Shown piece by piece: positions 1-12,085 of a DNA stretch of 64,000 bases. Every line of letters starts with the position of its first letter. The stretch's first letter is position 1. Made by a program: the position numbers and the translations under genes. The notes under the pieces were generated by a model. The model did no database searches, was not told the DNA's origin, and worked only from the letters and a program-made list of their open reading frames with translations. Source of the stretch: Eledone cirrhosa (Eukaryota); NCBI GenBank assembly GCA_964016885.1, contig OZ024749.1, positions 36,766,001-36,830,000 on the forward strand, read 5' to 3'.

Positions 1-983
1 AAATAGATAGATATAGATATAGAGAGAAGAGAATGTGTGTGTGTGTGTCTGTGAGTATGTTTATAGATATGTATGTCAGTATGTGAGTGTGTGTATCATC
101 ATCATCATCGTTTAATGTCTATCTTCCACGCTAGCATGGGTTTAGACGGGAATTGTCCCACTTGAGGCAAGACTGGTCGGGTGACCATGTCTCGCTTGTA
201 TATATATATGTGTCCATGTATGTGTGTGTATATATGTGTCCATGTATGTGTGTGTCCATGTATGTGTGTGTATATATGTGACCATATGCATATGTGTGTA
301 TATATGTGTGCCGGTGTGTGTGTGAGTGTGTGTGTATGTCTCCCAATGGATTTTGAAAAATGTCTCAATTACTATTGCTACAAAATTCTTCATTTTCTTT
401 GTTCATTTAATTATTTTTAATTTGGTATCTATTGATTTCTTAGAGAAATATTCTAGTGTCAGTTACTAACCATTTTCTTTAAGAAATATTCCAGTCTCAG
501 TTACAAACCATTTCTCCTACAATTCTCAATATTTGTTCTAACAAATCATATTTATTAGTGAATTAACCTTTTTGATACCAACCCAACCAAAACCACCTTT
601 GGTTCTATGAAACAACAACAACAAAAAAACAAAACAAAAAAAAAAACAGCTTATTTTAAAAGGTTCCTATTTTAATAATTAAAATCTTCCAGTATAATTT
701 GTTATAAGAACCATATGTTAAGTTAATATTTTAATATGAAATATTGAACAATTTTAGTAAACCCCTTAAAATCCTTCATAAATTCTTTTGATACCTACCC
801 AGCCCAAACCAGTTCTGGTTCTATGAAACAAAAGTAGCTAATTTTAAGGGGTTCCTGTTTTAATTAAAATTTTCAACAAAATTTTGATATAAGAACCATA
901 TGTTAAAGTATTATCTTAATAATGAAATAATTAATAATGTCAATATATATATATATATATATTAATATGTATATATATATATA

Positions 984-1020
<37 letters not shown>

Positions 1021-1458
1021 ATATATATATATATAGTAATATATATATATATATATATAGTAATATATATATATATATAGTAATATATATATATATATAT
1101 AGTTATATATATATATATATAGTTATATATATATATATATAGTTATATATATATATATAGTTATATATATATATATATATATATATAGTAATATATATAT
1201 ATATATAGTTATATATATATATATATAGTTATATATATATATATATAGTTATATATATATATATATATAGTTATATATATATATATATATATAGTTATAT
1301 ATATATATATATATAGTTATATATATATATATATAGTTATATATATATATATATAGTTATATATATATATATATATATAGTTATATATATATATATATAT
1401 ATAGTTATATATATATATATATATATAGTTTATATTATATATATATATATATATATAG

Positions 1459-1516
<58 letters not shown>

Positions 1517-2041
1517 GTTATATATATATATATATAGTTATATATATATATATATAGTTTATATATATATATATATAGTAATATATATATATATAGTAAT
1601 ATATATATATATATATAGTAATATATATATATATATATAGTAATATATATATATATATATTAGTAATATATATATATATATATATATAGTAATATATATA
1701 TATATATATATATAGTAATATATATATATATATATATATATAGTAATATATATATATATATATATAGTAATATATATATATATATATATAGTAATATATA
1801 TATATATAGTAATATATATATATATATATATATAGTAATATATATATATATATATATATATAGTAATATATATATATATATATATATATAGTAATATATA
1901 TATATATATATATATATAGTAATATATATATATATAGTAATATATATATATATAGTAATATATATATATATATATAGTAATATATATATATATATAGTAA
2001 TATATATATATATATATAGTAATATATATATATATATATAG

Positions 2042-2077
<36 letters not shown>

Positions 2078-2117
2078 TTCTTTAATTAATTGAAATAGGG
2101 TGTATTTCATTAGAAAT

Positions 2118-2297
2118 AGGCTGACCAAGATACTCTCATGGAATGATCAAATGAGGTTTATTTTTCAACATAGTCCCCTGGAAAGAAACAATGCAGTTAT
2201 TAATAAGAAGAGTTGAAATTAATGCATACAAGATTTCACAGCTCTAGCATCACTCCTTCATAATTAGCCTGTGAATGTTTCAGCCAACCTTTGTATA
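2118..2297. mobile_element. Possible Tc1/mariner MITE relic
   Basis: Ends ...TTTCAGCCAACCTTTGTATA and contains TTTTTCAACATAGTCCCC, both mariner-like; the left TIR is missing. Confidence 0.4.
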
Positions 2298-3176
2298 TCC
2301 AGCTGTTATTATATAAACCTATCTGTCATTATATAATGTAATGCTGCTGTTCTATAAAGACACCTGTCATTGTATATACCCATCTATTGTAAATATAATC
2401 CCTCTCTTTCATCATATATATCCAGCTGTTATTATATAAACCTATCTGTCATTATATAATGTACAGCTGCTGTTCTATAAAGACACCTGTCATTGTATAT
2501 ACCCAACTATTGTAAATATAATCCCCCTCTTTTATCATATATATCCAGCTGTTGTTATATAAACCTATCTGTCATTATATAATGTACAGCTGCTGTTATA
2601 TAAAGACACCTGTCATTGTATATACCCATCTATTGTAAATATAATCCCCCTCTTTCATCATATATATCCAGCTGTTGTTATATAAACCTATCTGTCATTA
2701 TATAATGTACAGCTGCTGTTATATAAAGACACCTGTCATTGTATATACCCATCTATTGTAAATATAATCCCTCTCTTTCATCATATATATCCAGCTGTTG
2801 TTATATAAACCTATCTGTCATTATATAATGTACAGCTGCTGTTATATAAAGACACCTGTCATTGTATATACCCATCTATTGTAAATATAATCCCTCTCTT
2901 TCATCATATATATCCAGCTGTTGTTATATAAACCTATCTGTCATTATATAATGTACAGCTGCTGTTATATAAAGACACCTGTCATTGTATATACCCATCT
3001 ATTGTAAATATAATCCCCCTCTTTCATCATATATATCCAGCTGTTATTATATAAACCTATCTGTCATTATATAATGTACAGCTGCTGTTATATAAAGACA
3101 CCTGTCATTGTATATACCCAACTATTGTAAATATAATCCCCCTCTTTCATCATATATATCCAGCTGTTGTTATATA
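2295..3176. repeat. Tandem repeat, 123-bp unit, ~7 copies
   Basis: CCAGCTGTT recurs at 2299, 2422, 2545, 2668, 2791, 2914, 3037 and 3160. Confidence 0.95.
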
Positions 3177-6100
3177 TACAAGCACCTGTCATTGTATCAC
3201 CTGTATTTGACTCAATTAACCAATCACCACTTTCACATATCCTTGAAAGTCATTAGAAATTCACAAAGCAAAAGTTAAATAAAACAAAATGCCACACAAA
3301 CAAACTTACCCAACTAATCAATAGAGCAATAGATTAATCAATACTGCTAAGTTAATTCTTAAAATCGATAATTTGGTTGATCAATGGATCGATTTGTTGA
3401 AGTCTTTGTGTAGATCAGAATCTGTCTGGTTAATCAAAAGGAGAAGAGAATTAGTTGATAAAAAATAACACTTTAATTGTATTACAATGAAAAAACTTGT
3501 TGTCCGAACTAAACAGGAGTGGACTTGTTGTGGACAGCTGTATAAAAGACACCTCAGTTGTGGTGGTGTGTGGTGTGTTGTGGTGGTGGTATGTGGTGTG
3601 TTGTGGTGGTGGTATGTGGTGTGTTGTTGAAGTGGTGGTGATGGTGGTGGTGGTGTTGTTGGTCGTCATGTGTGGTGTTCTTATAAGTCAGTTGACAGTG
3701 GTCAGTTGGTTAAGCCTGTTCAAACAAGGACAGCACTTCACTGCACCATATAACATTGTCCCACTGTGTTACACCAGACTGTGCTATATCAAATTGCAGT
3801 GCACTACACTACACTACACTACACTACACTACACAACACTGCACCACACAACACTACACTACACTGTACCACACTACACCACACCATATCACACCACACT
3901 GCATCACTCCTGACTACACAATACCACACAACTCCACCACACCATATTACACCACACTACACTACACCACATAACTCCACCACTCTATACTACACCATAC
4001 CACACCACACCACACAACTCCACACTACACCACACCATATTACACCACACTACACACTACACTACACAACACCACACAACTCCACACTACACCACACCAT
4101 ATTACACCACACTACACAATACCACACAACTCCATACTACACCACACCATATTACACCACCACACTACACTACACCACTCTACCACTCCATACTACACCA
4201 TACCACACCACACTACATTACACCACACCACACTACACCACACCACACTACAAAACACCACACTACACAAATCCACACACTCCACAACACTACACAACAC
4301 AACACCAAACCACTTGACACCACACTGCACTACACACTACAAACCAACATACCACATTACAACACACACTACAACACACACACCACACGGCGCACTACAC
4401 TTCATGTATACTTGTATTCTCCACAGGTATAAATGCACACACACCTACAGATATAAGTATGTGTGGGTGTTTTATCAGAACACTTAACAGTGTCTGCTAT
4501 TAACTCCATTTCAAATATATGCACACAGTATGATGCACATAGTATGATACCCATACACAGACAGTACGATGCGCACATGCAGACAGTACGATGCACATAT
4601 GCAGACAATATGATGCACATATGCAGACAGTATGATGCATATTTGATGCTAGTGTTGCTGTAGATATATTCCTAGATACTATACTTAACATATTCCTCAA
4701 AGACGCAGTTTAAAAATGTGGTTTTGGATGAAATCTGCCGTGTTAGAGTTCCCTTGGCACTAAACACCACCATCACCCTCATCACCATCACCATCATCAC
4801 CAACACCAAGCACCAGTGACACTACCACCACCACCACCACTAACAGCACCATCACATCACCATCATCATTATCACCAACACCAGCACCAGTGACACTACC
4901 ACCACCACCACCACTAACAGCAGCACCACCACCACCACTAACAGCACCACCACCACCATCACATCACCATCATTATTATCACCAACACCAGCACCAGTGA
5001 CACTACCACTACCACCACCACCACCACCACCACCACTAACAGCACCACCACCACCATCACATCACCATCATCATTATCACCAACACCAGCACCAGTGATA
5101 CTACCACCACCACCACCACCACCACCTCCACCACTAACAGCAGCACCACCACCATCACATCACCATCATCATTATCACCAACACCAGCACCAGTGACACT
5201 ACCACTACCACCACCACCACCACCACCACTAACAGCACCACCACCACCATCACATCACCATCATTATTATCACCAACACCAGCACCAGTGACACTACCAC
5301 TACCTCCACCACCAACACCACTAACAGCACCACCACCACCATCACATCACCATCATCATTATCACCAACACCAGCACCAGTGACACTACCACCACCACCA
5401 CCACCACCACCACCACCACTAACACCACCACCACCACCACCATCACATCACCATCATCATTATCACCAACACCAGCACCAGTGACACTAGCACTACCACC
5501 AACAATATCATCATCACAGCAACATCACCAGCACCACTACTATTAACACCACCAACACTGCCACTACAACACACTATTCTATCCATACGACATACAAACG
5601 TGCTTTTAGGGGGTTTTGTATCAAAAGGGTTAAGACACATGAATTAAGAAGAACACTCACATACACACATACATACACACATACACATATACACACACAC
5701 ATACACCCACACACTCACACATACACACATACATACACACACACACCCACACACTCACACATACACACATACATACACACATACACACATGCAATATCTA
5801 TAATGTTTCCGCATCCTCACCTTGATACAAGATCTTAAGGGCAAATAAACAGAGCTGAGATGTTCAAGACTTTCTTCAATTTATTAATAATGGTTTCTGA
5901 TTGAGGCACAAGGCCAGCAATTTTGGGGGAGGGGCAAGTTGATTAAATCAACCACAGTATGTTATTGTTACTTTATTTTATTGACCCCTTAAGGATGAAG
6001 CTAACCCTAGCAGGATTTGAACACAGAACGTAAAGGGCCATAACTCTATGCCGCAAAGCAGGGTGTCTAACGCTTTACTGATACTGCCAATCCACCATCA

Positions 6101-6304
6101 AATGATTGTTTCTACTTTTGGCACAAGGCCAGCAATTATCCCAGTGTATTACTGGTACTTTATTTTATCAACCCCGTAAGGATGAAAGGCAAAGTTAACC
6201 TCGGTGGGCTTTGAACTCAGAACGTAAAGGGCTGTAACTCTATGCTGCAAAGCATGGCGTCTGACACTCTACCAATACTGCCAAATGTATATGAAAGGAA
6301 TATT

Positions 6305-6806
6305 TAGCAAAATCTCTGTTGCTATGACAGCACTGTAGCAAAATCCCTGTTGCTATGACTGCACTGTAGCAAAATCTCTGTTGCTATGACTGCACTGTAG
6401 CAAAATCTCTGTTGCTATGACAGCACTGTAGCAAAATCCCTGTTGCTATGACAGCACTGTAGCAAAATCCCTGTTGCTATGACAGCACTGTAGCAAAATC
6501 TCTGTTGCTATGACTGCACTGTAGCAAAATCTCTGTTGCTATGACAGCACTGTAGCAAAATCCCTGTTGCTACGACAGCACTATAGCAAAATCTCTGTTG
6601 CTATGACTGCACTGTAGCAAAATCTCTGTTGCTATGACAGCACTGTAGCAAAATCTCTGTTGCTATGACAGCAGTGTAGCAAAATCTCTGTTGCTATGAC
6701 TGCACTGTAGCAAAATCTCTGTTGCTATGACAGCAGTGTAGCAAAATCTCTGTTGCTATTACTGCACTGTAGCAACATTTCTGTTGCTATGACTACACTG
6801 TAGCAA
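6305..6806. repeat. Minisatellite, 31-bp unit TAGCAAAATCTCTGTTGCTATGACAGCACTG, ~16 copies
   Basis: Direct periodicity; internal TAGCAA/TTGCTA hairpin. Confidence 0.95.
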
Positions 6807-7355
6807 CACTCCTATTTCTATGATTATTCTTCACTATAACTTCTGTTGCTATGGTTATGCTATGCTATTCACCCAAACATCCAGTCTCCAAGGAATCTAT
6901 CTGTGTATTTGTCTGTCTGTCTGTGTGTGTCTGTCTGTGTATTTGTCTGTCTGTCTGTGTGTGTCTGTCTGTGTATTTGTCTGTCTGTCTGTGTATTTGT
7001 CTCTCTGTCTGTGTGTGTCTGTCTGTGTATCTGTCTGTCTGTCTGTGTGTGTGTGTGTCTGTCTGAGTGTGTGTCTGTCTGTGTCTGTATGTCTGTGTGT
7101 CTGTATGTCTGTATCTGTCTGTCTGCGTGTCTATCTGTCTGTCTGTCTGTCTGTCTGTGCATCTGTCTGTCTGTCTGTGCATCTGTGTGTCTATCTGTCT
7201 GTCTGTCTGTCTGTGTGTCTGTGTGTGTATGTCCGTCCGTCCGTCTGTATGTGTGTGTGTGTGTGTGTGTCTGTCTGTCTGTGTGTATCAGGGTGTCAAT
7301 GAGGTGATTGACAATCTCTCCATCATTGCTATGTCATTGTTGTTGTTGTTGTTAG

Positions 7356-7396
<41 letters not shown>

Positions 7397-7420
7397 GCTC
7401 ATAATTCATAATTCTGTAAA

Positions 7421-7467
7421 ATGTCAGCCTGGTTCCATTGCTTCCAGAATAATTCTTCAAGAGTTCT
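7421..7467 (+). CDS. Candidate first coding exon of the FAIM-like gene (MSAWFHCFQNNSSRV + CT)
   Basis: ATG at 7421, open frame, strong GTAAGT donor at 7468. It ends in phase 2, matching the single leftover nucleotide (C) at the start of exon 10680. No FAIM homology is recognisable, so this is tentative. Confidence 0.4.
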
Positions 7468-8403
7468 GTAAGTGTTATATAACCTACCACCACAGCCACC
7501 ACCACCACTACCACTACCACCACTACCACCACCACCACCACTACCACCACTACCACCACCACCACAGCCACCACTACCAACACAACCACCACCACAGCCA
7601 CCACTACCACCACCACCACAGCCACCACCACCACTACTACCAGCACAACCACCATCACAGCCACCACCACCACTACCATCACCACCACTACCAGCACAGC
7701 CACCACCACCACCACCACTACCATCACCTCCACAGCCACCACCACCACTACCAGCACAACCACCACCACAGCCAGCACCACCACCACCACTACCAGCATA
7801 GCCACAGCCACCACCACCACCACCAGCACCACTACCATCACCTCCACAGCCACCACCACCACCACTACCAGCACAACCACCACCACAGCCACCACCACCA
7901 CCACCACTAACATCACCACCACAGCCACCACCACCACCACCACTACCATCACCACCACAGCCACCACCACCACTACCAGCACAACCACCACCATAGCCAC
8001 CACTACCATCACCTCCACAGCCACCACCACCACTATCAGCACAACCACCACCACATCCACCACTACCACCACCACCACCATCATTTTATAGAGTTTTAAT
8101 TCTTTTGTTTTTCTGACATTTTGGAGGACTGTTCAGATAAATGTTGATTTTCTTTTTTTACTGGAGTGGCTTGTGTGTGTGTGTGTGCCTGTAGATATGT
8201 ATGTAAATATATGTTGTGTGTTTGTATCTGTGTATTAATGTTGTTGTTGTTGTTGTTAATAGTTGTAGTGTTTTGATGGTGGTGGTAGTGGCAGTTAAAG
8301 AGAGTTAATTTATTGAGAGCAGTGAAAAATCCAATATTTCGGACACTTGCCCTTCTTCTGAGTGAATTTAATTTTTAAGGTCAACCCAGGGATGCTAACA
8401 AGA

Positions 8404-8436
<33 letters not shown>

Positions 8437-8560
8437 GTGTGTATGTATTTGCTTGTTTGCATCCCTGGTATTGACCTTAAAATTATATATATATCATCAT
8501 CATCGTTTAACGTCCATCTTCCACACTCGCATGGGTTTGGACGGATATATATATTATATA

Positions 8561-8620
<60 letters not shown>

Positions 8621-8623
<3 letters not shown>

Positions 8624-9074
8624 ATTAAATAAATGGAAACTATATTTATAAAACCATATTTATTTCATTATATATATTTCAGGGATATCATATTAAAAAT
8701 ATGGTATGCCTTCATCAGACAAAATACAATATAAACAGTCTTATAAATAGATAGATTTGACATACCTTACAACTTCAACTTCCATTTAAAAAGTTGATTT
8801 GGTAGTGTTGATTTTTTAAATGGAAGTTGAAGTTGTAAGGTATGTCAAATCTATCTATTTATAAGACTGTTTATATTGTATTTTGTCTGATGAAGGCATA
8901 CCATATTTTTAATATGATATCCCTGAAATATATATAATGAAATAAATATGGTTTTATAAATATAGTTTCCATTTATTTAATATCGTAAATATACTCCAAA
9001 TACTTGTTGAGTGCTTTTATATCAGTTATAAATATTTACTCGTTGTAACCCAACAATTTAAATAAAACTTTGCA
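8621..9074 (+). mobile_element. Hammerhead-bearing fold-back element (putative non-autonomous PLE pLTR derivative)
   Basis: Near-perfect ~172-bp inverted arms 8621-8792/8813-8984 plus a unique 3' tail to 9074; (TA)n on both sides. Confidence 0.7.
8879..8943 (+). ncRNA. Type I hammerhead ribozyme (mirror copy on - at ~8662-8726)
   Basis: TATTTTGT-CTGATGA(8887)-stem II AGGCATACCATATT/AATATGATATCCCT-GAAA-TATATAT-A-ATGAAATA; stem I closes with G-U pairs. Confidence 0.75.
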
Positions 9075-9087
9075 TATATATATATAT

Positions 9088-9612
9088 ATTCTTTAAAAAC
9101 AGCAGAAGGCCATACAGGATATATTCCTTTAAAGTTTTAATGTTGCAAAAACGCAATACATATTTCAATTGCCTAGTTACATTGTTCAAGCATGATTCAA
9201 GACTTAGGCGATTTCATCAGGTGTAGACTGCAAAATTAGTTAATTGGCGATAGTTCACCATTATGTTAACACTGTATTGGTGGGCCATCTCTGAATTAAA
9301 TCTATATATAGATTTTGTGTGCTATAATCCTGTTTTTAATTGACTAATTTTGCAATCCACACCTGATGAAATCGTCTAAGTCTTGCATCATGATTGGATG
9401 ATGTAACTATGCCATTAAAATACGTATAGTGGTTTTTGCAATATTAAAACTTTAAAGGAATATCTCCAGTCTATCCTTCTGTTGTTTTTAAATGAATATT
9501 CATCTATGATGGATGATTTGCATAACATCGAATGTTTTAATTCATTACATCATAGTTTACTTATAGGAACAACCAGGTCTACTCATTGGTAAATCACGCA
9601 ACATAAGTAGCA
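9088..9612 (+). mobile_element. Older hammerhead-bearing fold-back element
   Basis: Diverged inverted arms ~9088-9245/9338-9497 plus a 3' tail; (TA)n flanks. Confidence 0.6.
9360..9433 (+). ncRNA. Degenerate hammerhead (inverted copy on - at ~9151-9224 keeps GAAA)
   Basis: CAC-CTGATGA(9363)...AAAA-TACGTAT-A-GTG; G12 is mutated in the + copy. Confidence 0.5.
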
Positions 9613-9629
9613 TATATATATAACTTAGT

Positions 9630-9765
9630 TTGGATCTAGCTGTCGAAATGGCCGGAACTCAGCTGTCGGGGTCCTGACTCTTTTCCTATTACCCACTCTA
9701 CTACCTTAAGTATCGAGTACTCTGGTGCGTTATGGTCCACCTGGTTTCTTACCACACTTTGTTAT
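9630..9765. repeat. Short dispersed (TA)n-flanked repeat family
   Basis: ACTCTACTAC..TAAGTAT.GAGTACTCTGGTGCGTTATGGTCCACCTGG recurs at 10020-10170(-), 37721-37822 and 40981-41098(-). Confidence 0.7.
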
Positions 9766-9776
9766 ATATATATAAG

Positions 9777-9961
9777 GGCGGTGAATTGGCAGTATTGGTA
9801 GAGGGTCGGACGCCATGCTTTCCAGCATAGTTACGTCCCTTTACGATCTGAGTTCAAATCCCGCCGAGGTTGACTTTGCCTTTCATCCTTACGGGGTAGA
9901 TAAAATAAAGTACCAGTAATGCACTGGGTAATTGCTGGCCTTGTACCTAAAGTAGAAACAG
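9777..9961 (+). mobile_element. SINE with Nin-domain-like core
   Basis: GAGTTCAAATCCC B box and GCCTTTCATCCTTACGGGGT.GATAAAATAAAGTACCAGT. Other copies at ~5900-6285(-), 10920-11000, 14150-14275(-) and 58710-58830. Confidence 0.75.
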
Positions 9962-10011
<50 letters not shown>

Positions 10012-10197
10012 AGATGGATACAGTAAGAAACTGGTTAGACCATTACTCACCAGAGTACTTGATACTTGGAGTAGTAGAGTATGGTTATATGAAAGAGTTG
10101 GGACCCTGACGGCTGAGCTGGTATTAGCTGTCGCAGCGGCAACAGCTCAGCCATCGAGGTCCTGACTCTTTTATATATATATATATATATATTTATA

Positions 10198-10333
10198 AGT
10201 TTATCCCGGGTTCAATCGGCGGTAACCACAGTAAGTAAGGTACTCAATACATAGCAGAGTATAAATATTTAATGTATTTAATATAGAAATGTCTTCTACA
10301 GGACTAGAACTGTTTCATTCAGGAGAAATCAGA
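10198..10333 (-). mobile_element. 5'-truncated copy of the 18200/63313 family (tail plus 3' half of the hammerhead)
   Basis: Matches the reverse complement of 63450-63540; (TA)n flanks. Confidence 0.6.
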
Positions 10334-10679
10334 TTTCTTATATATATATATAATATTCTTATATATATATATAATATTCTTATATATATATATAATATTC
10401 TTATATATATACACACATACAGTTCTTGCATAAATTTATACAGTAAGAATAACACTGAAAAGAGAGCAATGTGTATGTGTAGAAGATGTATATTAAGTTT
10501 TAAACAAAGTACTTGAAAATTTGAACTTAGCTGATGGACCCCTTGTACTACCTTTACAGTCCCCAGTTCTGATTTTACAGATATCTGTTTAGGAACTGTT
10601 ACTCCAACAGCTATATTATTATTGTTGTCTATGATGATGATGGTGATGATAGCCTATATTTATGTATTTTATGTTCCAG

Positions 10680-10792
10680 CAAGAAATCCCCTTCTCTGCT
10701 TATCGAAGGAGATCAGTACATCACTGAACAACGGTCATGGGTCAAGTTATGGGCCTTCAAGCTAGATGGTGTGGTTTACTACATCAAATTCC
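10680..10792 (+). CDS. FAIM: FAIM-like internal exon (KKSPSLLIEGDQYITEQRSWVKLWAFKLDGVVYYIKF)
   Basis: ttccag acceptor and gtgagt donor; 113 nt open. Aligns by eye to the FAIM1 segment TLEINGKSLKKYMEDRSKTTNTWVLHMDGENFRIVL (recalled). Phase compatible with the next exon. Confidence 0.8.
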
Positions 10793-11226
10793 GTGAGTAT
10801 GAACCCCTTTTTTTAAATTATTTCTAGTACAGACTGTTAGGTGGTTGGTGATAGGAAGGGCACCCAGTACACTCTGTTAAGTGTTTGATGCCTGGAGGGC
10901 TTCTGACCATAAAACATTATTTCATCCTTACGGGGTCGATAAAATAAAGTACCAGTAATGCACTGGGATAATTGCTGGCCTTGTGCCAGAAGTAGAAACA
11001 ATTATTTCAAAAAGAAATTTAAGGTGTGTATGAAGCCTGTTATAGGGTCAACAAGGTTTTCCTCTGTTTTTTGGGGGGGTGGGGGGATATCATTATAGAT
11101 TGATATCAATATACCAATTATCTTCTCTGAAACATTAATCAGGGAGGAAAAGTGATGTTGTGATATTCACACATTACTAGGAGTATTGGAGCATGTTGGA
11201 CCTTAGTTGATTCTGACGTTGGGTGT

Positions 11227-11709
11227 TCCAGTCATTTGAGACCTTCATGAAAAGGCCGATAGTCTTTACTATAATCCAGTCATTTGAGACCTTCATGAAA
11301 AGGACGAAAGTCTTTACTATAATCCAGTCATTTGAGACCTTCATGAAAAGGCCGATAGTCTTTACTATAATCCAGTCATTTGAGACCTTCATGAAAAGGA
11401 CGAAAGTCTTTACTATAATCCAGTCATTTGAGACCTTCATGAAAAGGCCGATAGTCTTTACTATAATCCAGTCATTTGAGACCTTCATGAAAAGGATGAA
11501 AGTCTTTACTATAATCCAGTCATTTGAGACCTTCATGAAAAGGCCGATAGTCTTTACTATAATCCAGTCATTTGAGACCTTCATGAAAAGGATGAAAGTC
11601 TTTACTATAATCCAGTCATTTGAGACCTTCATGAAAAGGCCGATAGTCTTTACTATAATCCAGTCATTTGAGACCTTCATGAAAAGGATGACAGTCTTTA
11701 CTATAATCC
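11227..11709. repeat. Minisatellite, 48-bp unit x10, with alternating variants (96-bp higher-order unit)
   Basis: CCAGTCATTTGAGACCTTCATGAAAAGG[CCGATA|AYGAAA]GTCTTTACTATAAT. Confidence 0.95.
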
Positions 11710-11789
11710 TGATCCAAACAACAAAAGCACCTTGATAGCACTTAAACTCACCTGCTTCAACACATTCAGAACATAAACTGGCGACATCT

Positions 11790-12085
11790 GATTTTGAGAG
11801 AGATATATGCTGGCCTCCCACACATATCTGTTGTTGTACGTAAGAGGAGAGTAAGATTTTCTGGCCACTGCCATCATGCCACCTATGAGACTGTGTCCCC
11901 ATTAGTGCTTTGGAAACCACAAGCAGTCACTAATAACAGGGGGCGCAAGCTCTCCTATCCTGATGTCATCTCCAGAGATTCTAATATTGAAATCCAGGAC
12001 TTGGCAACGACAGACCCACCTGGAGATCAATTATTGAGTCCAATATGGCTGAGGCCACCAGATGATGATGATGATGATGATGATA
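11790..12085 (+). mobile_element. RTE-type LINE 3' fragment with (GAT)n tail
   Basis: IYAGLPHISVVVRKRRVRFSGHC...LVLWKP...RGRKLSYPDVISRD. Confidence 0.7.

Noticed and set aside
6305-6806. CRISPR-like palindromic 31-bp repeats
   Set aside because: No spacers; this is an ordinary minisatellite.
11177-11920. 247-aa and 170-aa repeat-protein ORFs
   Set aside because: By-products of a 48-bp minisatellite inside the FAIM-like intron.
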